Shown piece by piece: positions 29,130 through 37,401 of a stretch of 64,000 nucleotides of DNA. A program made the translations under genes and the position numbers. The first letter of the stretch is position 1. Every line of letters begins with the position of its first letter. Origin of the DNA: Calditrichales bacterium (GTDB taxonomy: Bacteria > Calditrichota > Calditrichia > Calditrichales > J004); assembly GCA_965267575.1 (NCBI GenBank), contig OZ254086.1, positions 3,680,001 to 3,744,000 of the forward strand, written 5' to 3'. The notes beneath the pieces are model-generated. The model was not told where the DNA came from. It did not search any database and saw only the letters and a list, made by a program, of their open reading frames with translations.

Positions 29130-30481
29130 TGGCCAAACCAACCATCTCCGTCTGTCTGATCGTGAAGAATGAAGAGCACTTCCTGGGGGAATGTCTGCAA
29201 AGCATAAAACCGGTCGCAGACCAGATTGTATTAGTGGACACGGGCAGCACGGACAAAACGATCGCTATTGCCGAACGTTTTAACGCCGAGGTGAACCATT
29301 TTACGTGGTGCGACGATTTTGCAGCCGCCCGCAACGCTTCACTGGAAAAAGCCCGCGGCGATTACATCCTCTGGCTGGATGCCGACGAACGCCTGACAGC
29401 GGATTCGATCTCGTTTTTGCAAAACCTGCCCGCACCTGTAACGGGTACTCCACGCGCTTTCCAGGTGCAAATAAACAATCACACAAAGGATAATGCCAGC
29501 TTTTATGTTTCCACGGCCTATAGGCTTTTTCAACGTCACCCGAAATTGCGCTTTGAAAACCGCATCCACGAACGGCTTACCTACAATGCCAGGGGACAAG
29601 TGCGCGTGGAAAGGGCGAAAGTAACCCTTGAACACCTCGGGTATGCCCTGGATGAAGCACAAACCGAACGCAAAGCGCAGCGCAATCTGCAGTTATTGCT
29701 TAGGATGGTCAAGGAACAGCCAAACAGCGCTTATGCCCATTTTACCCTGGCGCAGCAATACAATCTTCAAAAAAAGCATGAAGATGCTTTAAAACACTTT
29801 AAAAAGGCTTGCGACCTAGACCAGTTTGAAAAAGAGATGAGCGCCTCGCTGCTTAATATGATGGCTGAAACCAACTTTCAACTTGGAAAGATTGAAGAGT
29901 CGCTGCAACTGGCTGCGCGCTCCGCGCAGATGATTCCCGGGCAGGTATCAGCATACTATGTGCAATTTCTGTGTGCTCAAAAACGGCAACAGTGGGCTGC
30001 CGCCGCCGAAGCAGTGGCCGAGATGCGAATTCAAAACCGGCGCATCGCAGAAAAAGGCTGGAGCATATCAAACGACATTATTCTCGATGACGCGCTTCTC
30101 CTGCGCACCGGTGCAGAAATGCGTTTCCGCGCGGGGCAATTTAAAGCAGCACTCGAACTTTTTGACAAGCTACCTCAAAATGCCGAAGATAGACCTTCGC
30201 TGGAAATGGCCGTACAATGCGCCCTAAAGTCCGGAGAGCTCGGCAAAGCTCGCACCGCGCTTGAAAAGTTGATAACCAAAAACCCTGCGGTACAGGCTTA
30301 TTATGAATTGCTTGGAACGGTCCTGATCAAGCTTCAGGATTTCGCTGCCGCGATTGATTTGTATACGCGATTCGGCGAACGTTTCGGTATGAACGAACAG
30401 GTTACAAAAAGACTTGCCGGCCTTTATGTTAAAACCGGTAATCATGCCATGGCCGGCACAATACTTTCAGACCATCCTTAA
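29129..30481 (+). CDS. GT2 + TPR glycosyltransferase (paralog)
   Basis: 'ISVCLIVKNEE', 'VDTGSTDKT', 'DDFAAARN', 'LDADE', 'IHE', 'HLGY', TPR tail; TGATG overlap. Confidence 0.9.
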   Translation: MAKPTISVCLIVKNEEHFLGECLQSIKPVADQIVLVDTGSTDKTIAIAERFNAEVNHFTWCDDFAAARNASLEKARGDYILWLDADERLTADSISFLQNLPAPVTGTPRAFQVQINNHTKDNASFYVSTAYRLFQRHPKLRFENRIHERLTYNARGQVRVERAKVTLEHLGYALDEAQTERKAQRNLQLLLRMVKEQPNSAYAHFTLAQQYNLQKKHEDALKHFKKACDLDQFEKEMSASLLNMMAETNFQLGKIEESLQLAARSAQMIPGQVSAYYVQFLCAQKRQQWAAAAEAVAEMRIQNRRIAEKGWSISNDIILDDALLLRTGAEMRFRAGQFKAALELFDKLPQNAEDRPSLEMAVQCALKSGELGKARTALEKLITKNPAVQAYYELLGTVLIKLQDFAAAIDLYTRFGERFGMNEQVTKRLAGLYVKTGNHAMAGTILSDHP

Positions 30482-30569
30482 CGTTAATTCAATATTTTTC
30501 CCGCCGCTTGACATCTGGCTTTCAATATTCTAATATCTGTGTGGTAGTCTAAATTCATAAAAAACAGCC

Positions 30570-30845
30570 ATGAACACCTCTGAAGTTATCCGTGAACTCG
30601 CCAAAAGGCTGGACAAGCCGCAAAGTGAAATCCAGAGGCAGCTCACTTCCGTTGTAGACGTTTTCCGCAAATTTTTGTCCGAAAACACCCGTTTTATGAT
30701 CCCCAATTTTGGCACTTTTGATACCGAAGAACGCAAAACCCGCAAAGCATTCAACCCCCATTACAAAAAAATGATGGTCATTCCGGCTAAAATCGTCGGC
30801 GTTTTCCGGCCGGCAAAAGCCTTGAAAGATGAAACAAACCGGTAA
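30570..30845 (+). CDS. HU/IHF-family DNA-binding protein
   Basis: 91 aa; 'MNTSEVIRELA', 'IPNFGTF', 'RKAFNP', 'IPAK....FRPAKALKD'. Confidence 0.9.
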   Translation: MNTSEVIRELAKRLDKPQSEIQRQLTSVVDVFRKFLSENTRFMIPNFGTFDTEERKTRKAFNPHYKKMMVIPAKIVGVFRPAKALKDETNR

Positions 30846-30851
30846 AGTGTT

Positions 30852-32006
30852 ATGATAAAAAAAATAACATTTGAAGAATTGGTTGATACGGCAGCGGAGA
30901 AAAGTGATAGCTCCAAAGCGTTCACACGGGATTTCATCCGGGAGATGGCCAACGTCATTCAGATGGGCCTTGTCAGGGATGGTGTCGTAAATATAAGCGG
31001 CTTTGGCATTTTTCGGTTGCAGGATGTGGATAGCCGCAAAGGACGTAATCCTCAAACGGGCGAAGAGATAACAATCCCATCGCACAAAAAAGTGCTGTTT
31101 AAGCCGGAGAAATCGCTGCGTGAGATTATCAACAAGCGCTATGAACACCTTGAGCCGCAAATAATTGATGACGGCCCGGGGCGAGTAGAAAAAAAAGAAA
31201 AGCCCGTTGAGCCGGAGAATGTTGGCGCCGCCTTTTTCAACGAAGCGATGGATGCGGACTTAAAAAAAAGCACAGAAAAGCCTATAACGCCGGCGGAACC
31301 GCAAAAAGAGGAAGAAAAGGAACCTGTAATAGCGCCACACGCTGCGCCGCAAAACAGGCCGCAGGAGGCGAAGCAAAAAAAGAGCAAAACTATTCCGATT
31401 GCGGCAGCGCTCATTGTTGTCCTGATACTTATCCTTTTTGTTTATAATTATGATTCGGAAGACGCGGGGCAGGAGAGCGAGCTTGCTGAAAGCGCGCCTG
31501 TTGAACATATTGAACAACCCGAAGCGCCAGTTCAAAACCAGGATGGCGAGAAACCGGTCGAATCATCTTCAGTTGAGGAGACCGCGGCACCCGTTCAGCA
31601 AAAGCCGGAACGGGCACAGCCGGAAGAAGTTGAGCACGCCATAAACGAGGGGGAAAACCTGTGGCAATTGGCTCAACGTTATTATGATGACGGCTATAAA
31701 TGGCCGCTCATTTTGCTTGAAAATCGTGACCGTTTAAGCGATCCTGATTTTGTGCCAGAAGGGGTTGTGCTAAATATTCCGGTTGTTGAGAAAAACGGCG
31801 GCGACAATGACTCTGAACTTAAAAGCAGGCTGGCCCAGGGTCACCTGCTGGCGTATAACGCGTACAAAAATAAAGACAATGCCTCGGCACTAAATCACCT
31901 TTATGTTGCATATCGCTATGACGAAACGCAGGTCAATGCTTCTATGGCCACCGTGGATGAACAGGATTACCAGACAATTATCAATTATCCGGGAGTGGTT
32001 CGCTGA
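30852..32006 (+). CDS. HU domain - linker - TM helix - LysM fusion protein
   Basis: HU 'ISGFGIF...RKGRNPQTGEEITIP..KKVLFKPEKSL'; TM 'IPIAAALIVVLILILFVY'; LysM 'HAINEGENLWQLAQRYY.DG.KWP.I...N...L.DPD....G..L.IP'. Confidence 0.88.
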   Translation: MIKKITFEELVDTAAEKSDSSKAFTRDFIREMANVIQMGLVRDGVVNISGFGIFRLQDVDSRKGRNPQTGEEITIPSHKKVLFKPEKSLREIINKRYEHLEPQIIDDGPGRVEKKEKPVEPENVGAAFFNEAMDADLKKSTEKPITPAEPQKEEEKEPVIAPHAAPQNRPQEAKQKKSKTIPIAAALIVVLILILFVYNYDSEDAGQESELAESAPVEHIEQPEAPVQNQDGEKPVESSSVEETAAPVQQKPERAQPEEVEHAINEGENLWQLAQRYYDDGYKWPLILLENRDRLSDPDFVPEGVVLNIPVVEKNGGDNDSELKSRLAQGHLLAYNAYKNKDNASALNHLYVAYRYDETQVNASMATVDEQDYQTIINYPGVVR

Positions 32007-32075
32007 CCTGAAAATATTATTTTTATAGCTTTTCCCAAACACCTTCCTTCCAACACCTAACTAAGGAGAACTTAT

Positions 32076-33092
32076 ATGGCTTCAAATTTAGATGATGCGC
32101 GGAACCTGCTAAAAGACGTTCGCAAGGACCTGATGAAAAAAGCCAATGTTGTGGCAACCGGCGTGGGTTATAAAATCGTAAATGGAAAAGTGAGTAAAGA
32201 TCTTTCGATTATTTGTTCCGTGGCAGCTAAAAAGCCGGGAAGCAAGTTATCTCAGTCGGATCTTGTACCTAAAAGCGTTAACGGTATCCCTACCGACGTT
32301 TACGCGTCGGGTGCCATTTATGCGTTCCAGGACCCAAAGGGGCGCTTCCGGCCGGCTCCCGGCGGTGTGAGTGTCGGCCATTATCTAATCACTGCCGGAA
32401 CACTGGGCTGTACGGTCATAAAAGATAATAAAAAATTTATTCTTTCAAATAACCATGTGCTTGCCAACAGCAACGATGCCGATAAAGGCGATGAAATATT
32501 GCAACCGGGACCCACTGATGGCGGCTCAAGGCCAGGGGATATTATTGGTAAGCTAAGCGATTTTGTGCCGATTGTTTTTGACAATGGCGGCGGTGGCGGT
32601 GGCAGCGATTGTCCTTTTGCTACCGGGGCGGCGTCTTTCTTGAATGCGATGTCGGCCGCGGCAGGGCGCAAATCCCGCCTGAAAGCGGTTTATGAGCCTG
32701 AAGCTTCAGAAAACCTTGTAGACGCAGCCATCGCCGAACCAAACAGCCAGGACGATCTGAAAACGGAAATACTCAATATTGGTGAAATCCAGGGTATTGC
32801 CGAAGCAACGCTGGGCATGTCTCTAAAAAAGATGGGGCGCACCACGGGCTTCACAAGAGGGACAGTGCTGCAAGTGGATGTAACCAGTACCGTTAATTAT
32901 GGCGGCGGCAAAACGGCAACATTTGTCGACCAGATAATGGCCGGAAATATGAGTGCGGGAGGTGACAGCGGCTCCGCTGTTTTAAACGACAATGGCCATA
33001 TTGTAGGTTTGCTTTTCGCCGGAAGCTCAAGTTCGACCATTATCAACCGCATACAAAACGTGTTTGAATTGCTTGATGTATCCATACCATAA
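32076..33092 (+). CDS. Cytoplasmic trypsin-like (PA clan, NAL1-like) serine protease
   Basis: SD AAGGAG; 'RFRPAPGGVSVGH...AGTLG', His 'LSNNHVLA', Asp 'VDAAIA', Ser 'GGDSGS', 'VGLLFAG'; no signal peptide. Confidence 0.88.
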   Translation: MASNLDDARNLLKDVRKDLMKKANVVATGVGYKIVNGKVSKDLSIICSVAAKKPGSKLSQSDLVPKSVNGIPTDVYASGAIYAFQDPKGRFRPAPGGVSVGHYLITAGTLGCTVIKDNKKFILSNNHVLANSNDADKGDEILQPGPTDGGSRPGDIIGKLSDFVPIVFDNGGGGGGSDCPFATGAASFLNAMSAAAGRKSRLKAVYEPEASENLVDAAIAEPNSQDDLKTEILNIGEIQGIAEATLGMSLKKMGRTTGFTRGTVLQVDVTSTVNYGGGKTATFVDQIMAGNMSAGGDSGSAVLNDNGHIVGLLFAGSSSSTIINRIQNVFELLDVSIP

Positions 33093-33097
33093 AAAGT

Positions 33098-33121
33098 AGG
33101 GCGGCCTTCGGGCCGCCTTTT
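33098..33121 (+). terminator. GC-rich hairpin with a cUUCGg loop and short U-tract (terminator-like)
   Basis: GGCGGCC-TTCG-GGCCGCC-TTTT. Confidence 0.65.
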
Positions 33122-33127
33122 AATACC

Positions 33128-33352
33128 ATGGAATTAGAACGCATAAAAGAGATAAAAAGAAAGTACGAAAAAACCTGGCTGCAGCTGGATGACGTAGTCA
33201 GCGTTGGCATTGGCCTTATCAGAGACAACCAGCCGGCCATCATCATTGGGCTTAAGCGCGAAAACAGACAAACGCGCGAACGGCTTCCCCGCGATATCGA
33301 AAACGTTCCTGTCAGTATTGAAATCAGCGGCCCGATCAGCGCACAATCCTGA
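33128..33352 (+). CDS. 74-aa stand-alone homologue of the upstream protease's N-terminal domain
   Basis: 'LDDVVSVGIG..AIIIGLK..LPRDIENVPVSIEISGPISA' aligns by eye with 'KANVVATGVG..SIICSV..VPKSVNGIPTDVYASGAIYA'. Confidence 0.72.
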   Translation: MELERIKEIKRKYEKTWLQLDDVVSVGIGLIRDNQPAIIIGLKRENRQTRERLPRDIENVPVSIEISGPISAQS

Positions 33353-33398
33353 CGCTTAATAATATTTCTAAAAAAACTTGCAATAATTCCTGCCACAA

Positions 33399-33426
33399 TA
33401 AAATCCGCTTTAAGGTCTTCCGATAA
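33399..33426 (+). promoter_or_regulatory. Putative sigma28 promoter of the HDOD operon
   Basis: TAAA-N16-TCCGATAA, 44 bp upstream of the ATG. Confidence 0.45.
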
Positions 33427-33470
33427 ACATCCGAAGTTATTTTATAGCCTTTAATAAAGAAAGACAGGCC

Positions 33471-34355
33471 ATGGAAACCACAGTTCTCTCCAAAAAAGAA
33501 GAGCGCATTTCCCGAATACTGGAAGCGGTAAACGATTCACAATTATCTACGATCAAAACAGTTGTTACAGGTGTAATAAATATAATCCGCAATCCACGTT
33601 CTACGGCGCAAGATCTAAAGGCTCTTGTTGAGATTGATCCTCCTTTAACCGCAAAAATATTACGCGTTGCCAATTCGTCCTACTATGCACCCCAAAGCAA
33701 AATCGATGAAATTGATAAAGCTATCATCTGGATAGGGTTTGATCGCCTGAAAGAGCTTGTTATCCGCCAGAAAACCTGCAGCCTTTTTGAAAACAAAGAT
33801 TCCATTGAAGGCTATCGTCGTACTGAATTATGGGCTTATTGTGTTGCCACGGCCCATTTCGGAAAGATGATCTACCGTCGTGAGTTTTCCGAAAGAGGCG
33901 AAAACGTATATTCAGCCGGCCTGCTGCACAAAATAGGTATGATCGCCGAAGAGCAGTTTTTAAGAATGGCCTTTACGCGGATTTTGAAAATTGCGCATCA
34001 ACAGGAGCAGCATCTGCCGGATATTGAGAGCAAGATATTTGGCTTTAGTCATGCTGAGCTGGGCGGAAGAATAATTCAGCAGTGGGGCTTGCCGGAAGAG
34101 TTTGTCGCGGCGGTAACATACCATACCAATCCATACAAAGCACCGGAAGAATACTTCAAAATATCCGCGACACTTTTTGTCTCAGCAATGGCCTGTCATT
34201 TTTCGGAATTGGGTTATGCCGAGGCAACGCCTTTCAACGAAGCCATTTACGCTCGCTGCCTTGACGATCTTAATATTAGCCAGGAATCTCTTAATATAAT
34301 TATCGACGAGGGACGTCATGAGATTGCCGAAATGCTGGAACATGGAGTGTTGTAA
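33471..34355 (+). CDS. HDOD-domain signalling protein
   Basis: 'DPPLTAKILRVANSSYY', 'AGLLHKIG', 'GFSHAELG..I...WGLP...AV.YH'. Confidence 0.9.
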   Translation: METTVLSKKEERISRILEAVNDSQLSTIKTVVTGVINIIRNPRSTAQDLKALVEIDPPLTAKILRVANSSYYAPQSKIDEIDKAIIWIGFDRLKELVIRQKTCSLFENKDSIEGYRRTELWAYCVATAHFGKMIYRREFSERGENVYSAGLLHKIGMIAEEQFLRMAFTRILKIAHQQEQHLPDIESKIFGFSHAELGGRIIQQWGLPEEFVAAVTYHTNPYKAPEEYFKISATLFVSAMACHFSELGYAEATPFNEAIYARCLDDLNISQESLNIIIDEGRHEIAEMLEHGVL

Positions 34356-36046
34356 TGGCTGAACCGGCTAAGGCTCCCGAGGAATATATCCGTCAGCTGC
34401 AGACCAAAATCCGCCACCTGGAAAATGATCTAAAAGTAACCCGTCAGGAAAATGCTGAGTCCAGTAAGAAGTATTTTGACCTGTACGCGCAGCTTGAGCA
34501 AAAAGTCCGCCAGCGCACGGCTGAGCTGGAAACGGCGCGTGAGAAGCTAAAGGCGCAAAACAGCGAGCTTGAAAATCTTTTACACAAAGCCGAAGAAGCA
34601 AACATAGCCAAAAGCGAATTTCTGGCAAATGTAAGCCATGAGCTACGCACACCTTTAAACTCGATTATGGGTTTTTGCGATTTGCTTAAAACATCGGCAA
34701 AAGATGAGAAAGAGACCGGCTACCTGGAAAGTATAAGTTCCAGCGGCAGAAGCCTGTTGCAGTTGATCAACGACATCATAGAGTTAAGCCGGATAGAAGC
34801 CGGGTCCGTCAAAACAGAAATGGCTCCTGTTGATATCCGTGCAGTATTGATCGAAGCATTCGGAATTTACCAGACAAAAGCGGAGCAAAAAGGTTTGTCA
34901 TTTCATTTTTCGGCGGCAAAGAACTTTCCGCGAACGGTGATATTTGACGCCACGCGCCTCCGACAAATAGTAACCAATTTGTTAGGAAATGCCGTAAAAT
35001 TTACATCTACAGGTTCTGTGAATTTGAAGCTTGAATATCAGGCCAACGGCAATGATAATGCGGATCTGCGGATTATTGTGGAAGACAGCGGCATTGGCAT
35101 TGAGCCTGATAAACTGGAAATTATTTTTTCAGCTTTTCAACAGCAAAGCAGCGCCAGTAACCGGACTTACGATGGAATCGGCCTGGGTCTTACAATATGC
35201 CGTAAACTTACCCATGCTTTGGATGGAAGAATAAGTGTAAAAAGTGAAGTTGGCGAGGGTTCTACGTTCATAGTGGAATTTGACGGTGTCGAGGTTTGTA
35301 CTGAGACAGAAGACCCTGCCTCAGCAGAGAAGCCGGACGAACGACTTTATGGCAATCTGAAAAACAAAAGAATACTCATAGCAGATGATAACCAGGAAAA
35401 TCGCAATCTTTTACAGACCTTTCTATCTCTTGTTGATTGTTCGGTAATTCACGCGGCAGACGGTACGGATGCCGTTAAACTGGCTGGTCAGGAAAAGCCC
35501 GATGCCATATTAATGGATCTGCAAATGCCTGTGATGAACGGTTTGGATGCAACGCGTATGTTGAAAAACAAGGATGATTTGAAATATATCCCGGTTATCG
35601 CCCTTACGGCCAGTGACGAAAAAGAAACCCGGCTTAAAACCGAAAAGGCAGGGTGTGATGCCTTTCTGAGCAAGCCATTCGACAAAGAAGACTTGTTTGG
35701 TTTGCTGGAAGATGTTTTCAAAACCAACCATCCTGAAGAAGAGGTTTTGCTGGATTTATTGAATTCTGAGGACCAACGCAGCGAGGTGTCCGCCTTTATT
35801 TTTAAACTGGAAAATGAGTATAAAGAACACCTGACTGAACTTGGCGAAACTATGCTGATTAACGACTTACTGGAGCTGGTAAGCGGCATGAAAACCGAAG
35901 CGGAGAAGTTCCCCCTTGAAATGCTGCACAGTTGGATTAATACGACGAGAAAACAATGCAAATCCTACAATGTTGAGGGACTGGAACAATCGGTGAACGC
36001 TTATCCGGAGTTAATTTCGCGCATCAAAAAAAGGATGAACCTGTAA
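34355..36046 (+). CDS. Soluble hybrid histidine kinase (coiled coil-HisKA-HATPase-REC)
   Basis: 'KSEFLANVSHELRTPL', 'NLLGNAVKFT', 'DSGIGI', 'GIGLGL', REC 'IADDN..LMDLQMPVMNG..SKP'. Confidence 0.93.
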   Translation: MAEPAKAPEEYIRQLQTKIRHLENDLKVTRQENAESSKKYFDLYAQLEQKVRQRTAELETAREKLKAQNSELENLLHKAEEANIAKSEFLANVSHELRTPLNSIMGFCDLLKTSAKDEKETGYLESISSSGRSLLQLINDIIELSRIEAGSVKTEMAPVDIRAVLIEAFGIYQTKAEQKGLSFHFSAAKNFPRTVIFDATRLRQIVTNLLGNAVKFTSTGSVNLKLEYQANGNDNADLRIIVEDSGIGIEPDKLEIIFSAFQQQSSASNRTYDGIGLGLTICRKLTHALDGRISVKSEVGEGSTFIVEFDGVEVCTETEDPASAEKPDERLYGNLKNKRILIADDNQENRNLLQTFLSLVDCSVIHAADGTDAVKLAGQEKPDAILMDLQMPVMNGLDATRMLKNKDDLKYIPVIALTASDEKETRLKTEKAGCDAFLSKPFDKEDLFGLLEDVFKTNHPEEEVLLDLLNSEDQRSEVSAFIFKLENEYKEHLTELGETMLINDLLELVSGMKTEAEKFPLEMLHSWINTTRKQCKSYNVEGLEQSVNAYPELISRIKKRMNL

Positions 36047-36057
36047 AGGATTACGGC

Positions 36058-37320
36058 ATGTTACAAACTGAAATATCAAAAAACGATCATCTTATTCTGA
36101 TTGTTGATGACCTGCCCAAAAACCTGCAGGTACTTGGTAATATTCTTTCCAATGCCGGATACCGTATTGCCGTAGCGACATACGGTGAACAGGCCTTACG
36201 TATCCTGGATAAAAAGATGCCCGATCTGATTTTGCTTGACGTCATGATGCCGGGTATGGATGGATTTGAGGTGTGCCGGAAGATCCGCTCCGATAAGCGC
36301 TTTGATAACTTGCCGGTACTGTTTGTATCGGCTAAAAGCGATACAGACAGCAAAGTTCAGGGTTTTGAAATAGGCGCCGCAGATTACATAACAAAACCGT
36401 TCCAGGCCGCTGAGGTTCTTGCACGGGTAAAAACCCATTTAAAACTAAAAAAGGCCATTCAAACCATTACCGCGTATAATTTTCAACTTGAATCAATGCT
36501 TGAGGAACGTACGCGCGAACTCATTAAAAGTGAACGGCTTGCCGCTTTTAGTCTTTTTAGCCAGGGAATTGTGCATAATCTTAAAAACCCGCTTACCTCC
36601 ATTTCCGGCGGGGCGCAAATTATTTTGCTGGGAAAAGAGCAGTTTGAAGAAAGCCTGCCTTCGCCCAAAGACCCGGCTACTCAAAAATATCTCGACACGG
36701 TAACGCGTCATTCGGAGCTGATTCGCAGGGCTGTGGACAAAATGCTCACCATGATCAATTCCCTTATGGCCAAAAGCCAGTCCGATAAAAATAACAATAT
36801 TATGTGTGTAGATGTCAACGAATCCTTGCGTCTTGAGATAAGCTTTCTGAATGCCGACCTGCGTTTTAAAAATCAGACCAAAAAGACAATAAACCTGAGC
36901 GATACGGCACTATGGGCAGAAGTAGTACCCTCTGAATTATCACAGATATTTCAGAATTTGATTCAAAACGCCCTGGACGCGATGCACGGCCAGGAAGACG
37001 CCACTATAGAAATTTGCAGTGGTGAAAATGAAAACGAAGTTTGGTTTGCCATTAAGGATAATGGTCCCGGTATCCCGGACGATATCAAAGCCCGCATTTA
37101 TGACCCGTTTTTTACGACCAAAGACAAGGTGAGTCTAAACGGTGAAAACGGTGCCGGCAACGGCAGGCCGAAGGGCACGGGCCTGGGGCTCCATATTTGC
37201 TCTCAGATGGTTAACTCCTACAAAGGCCGGATACAGCTGCAGAGCCAGGCTGGAAGGGGCACAAGCTTTACCGTGAGCTTTCCGAAAGCACTGAATACCG
37301 TAGCCGCACTTAACGAATAA
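36058..37320 (+). CDS. REC-HisKA-HATPase hybrid kinase/response regulator
   Basis: REC 'IVDD..LLDVMMPGMDG..KPF'; H-box 'VHNLKNPL'; 'NLIQNA', 'DNGPGI', 'PFFTTK', 'GTGLGL'. Confidence 0.93.
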   Translation: MLQTEISKNDHLILIVDDLPKNLQVLGNILSNAGYRIAVATYGEQALRILDKKMPDLILLDVMMPGMDGFEVCRKIRSDKRFDNLPVLFVSAKSDTDSKVQGFEIGAADYITKPFQAAEVLARVKTHLKLKKAIQTITAYNFQLESMLEERTRELIKSERLAAFSLFSQGIVHNLKNPLTSISGGAQIILLGKEQFEESLPSPKDPATQKYLDTVTRHSELIRRAVDKMLTMINSLMAKSQSDKNNNIMCVDVNESLRLEISFLNADLRFKNQTKKTINLSDTALWAEVVPSELSQIFQNLIQNALDAMHGQEDATIEICSGENENEVWFAIKDNGPGIPDDIKARIYDPFFTTKDKVSLNGENGAGNGRPKGTGLGLHICSQMVNSYKGRIQLQSQAGRGTSFTVSFPKALNTVAALNE

Positions 37321-37401
37321 CCTTACCAAAAATAATTTTATATTCCTTAACCATTTGCTATATTTAGATAGTTCGGAAACTAAACCAACCTGGCATGATT
37401 C

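Noticed and set aside
19216..30481. O-antigen or capsule locus
   Set aside because: No wzx/wzy/wzm/wzt or priming transferase; the GTs carry TPRs and are coupled to flgL (not fully excluded)
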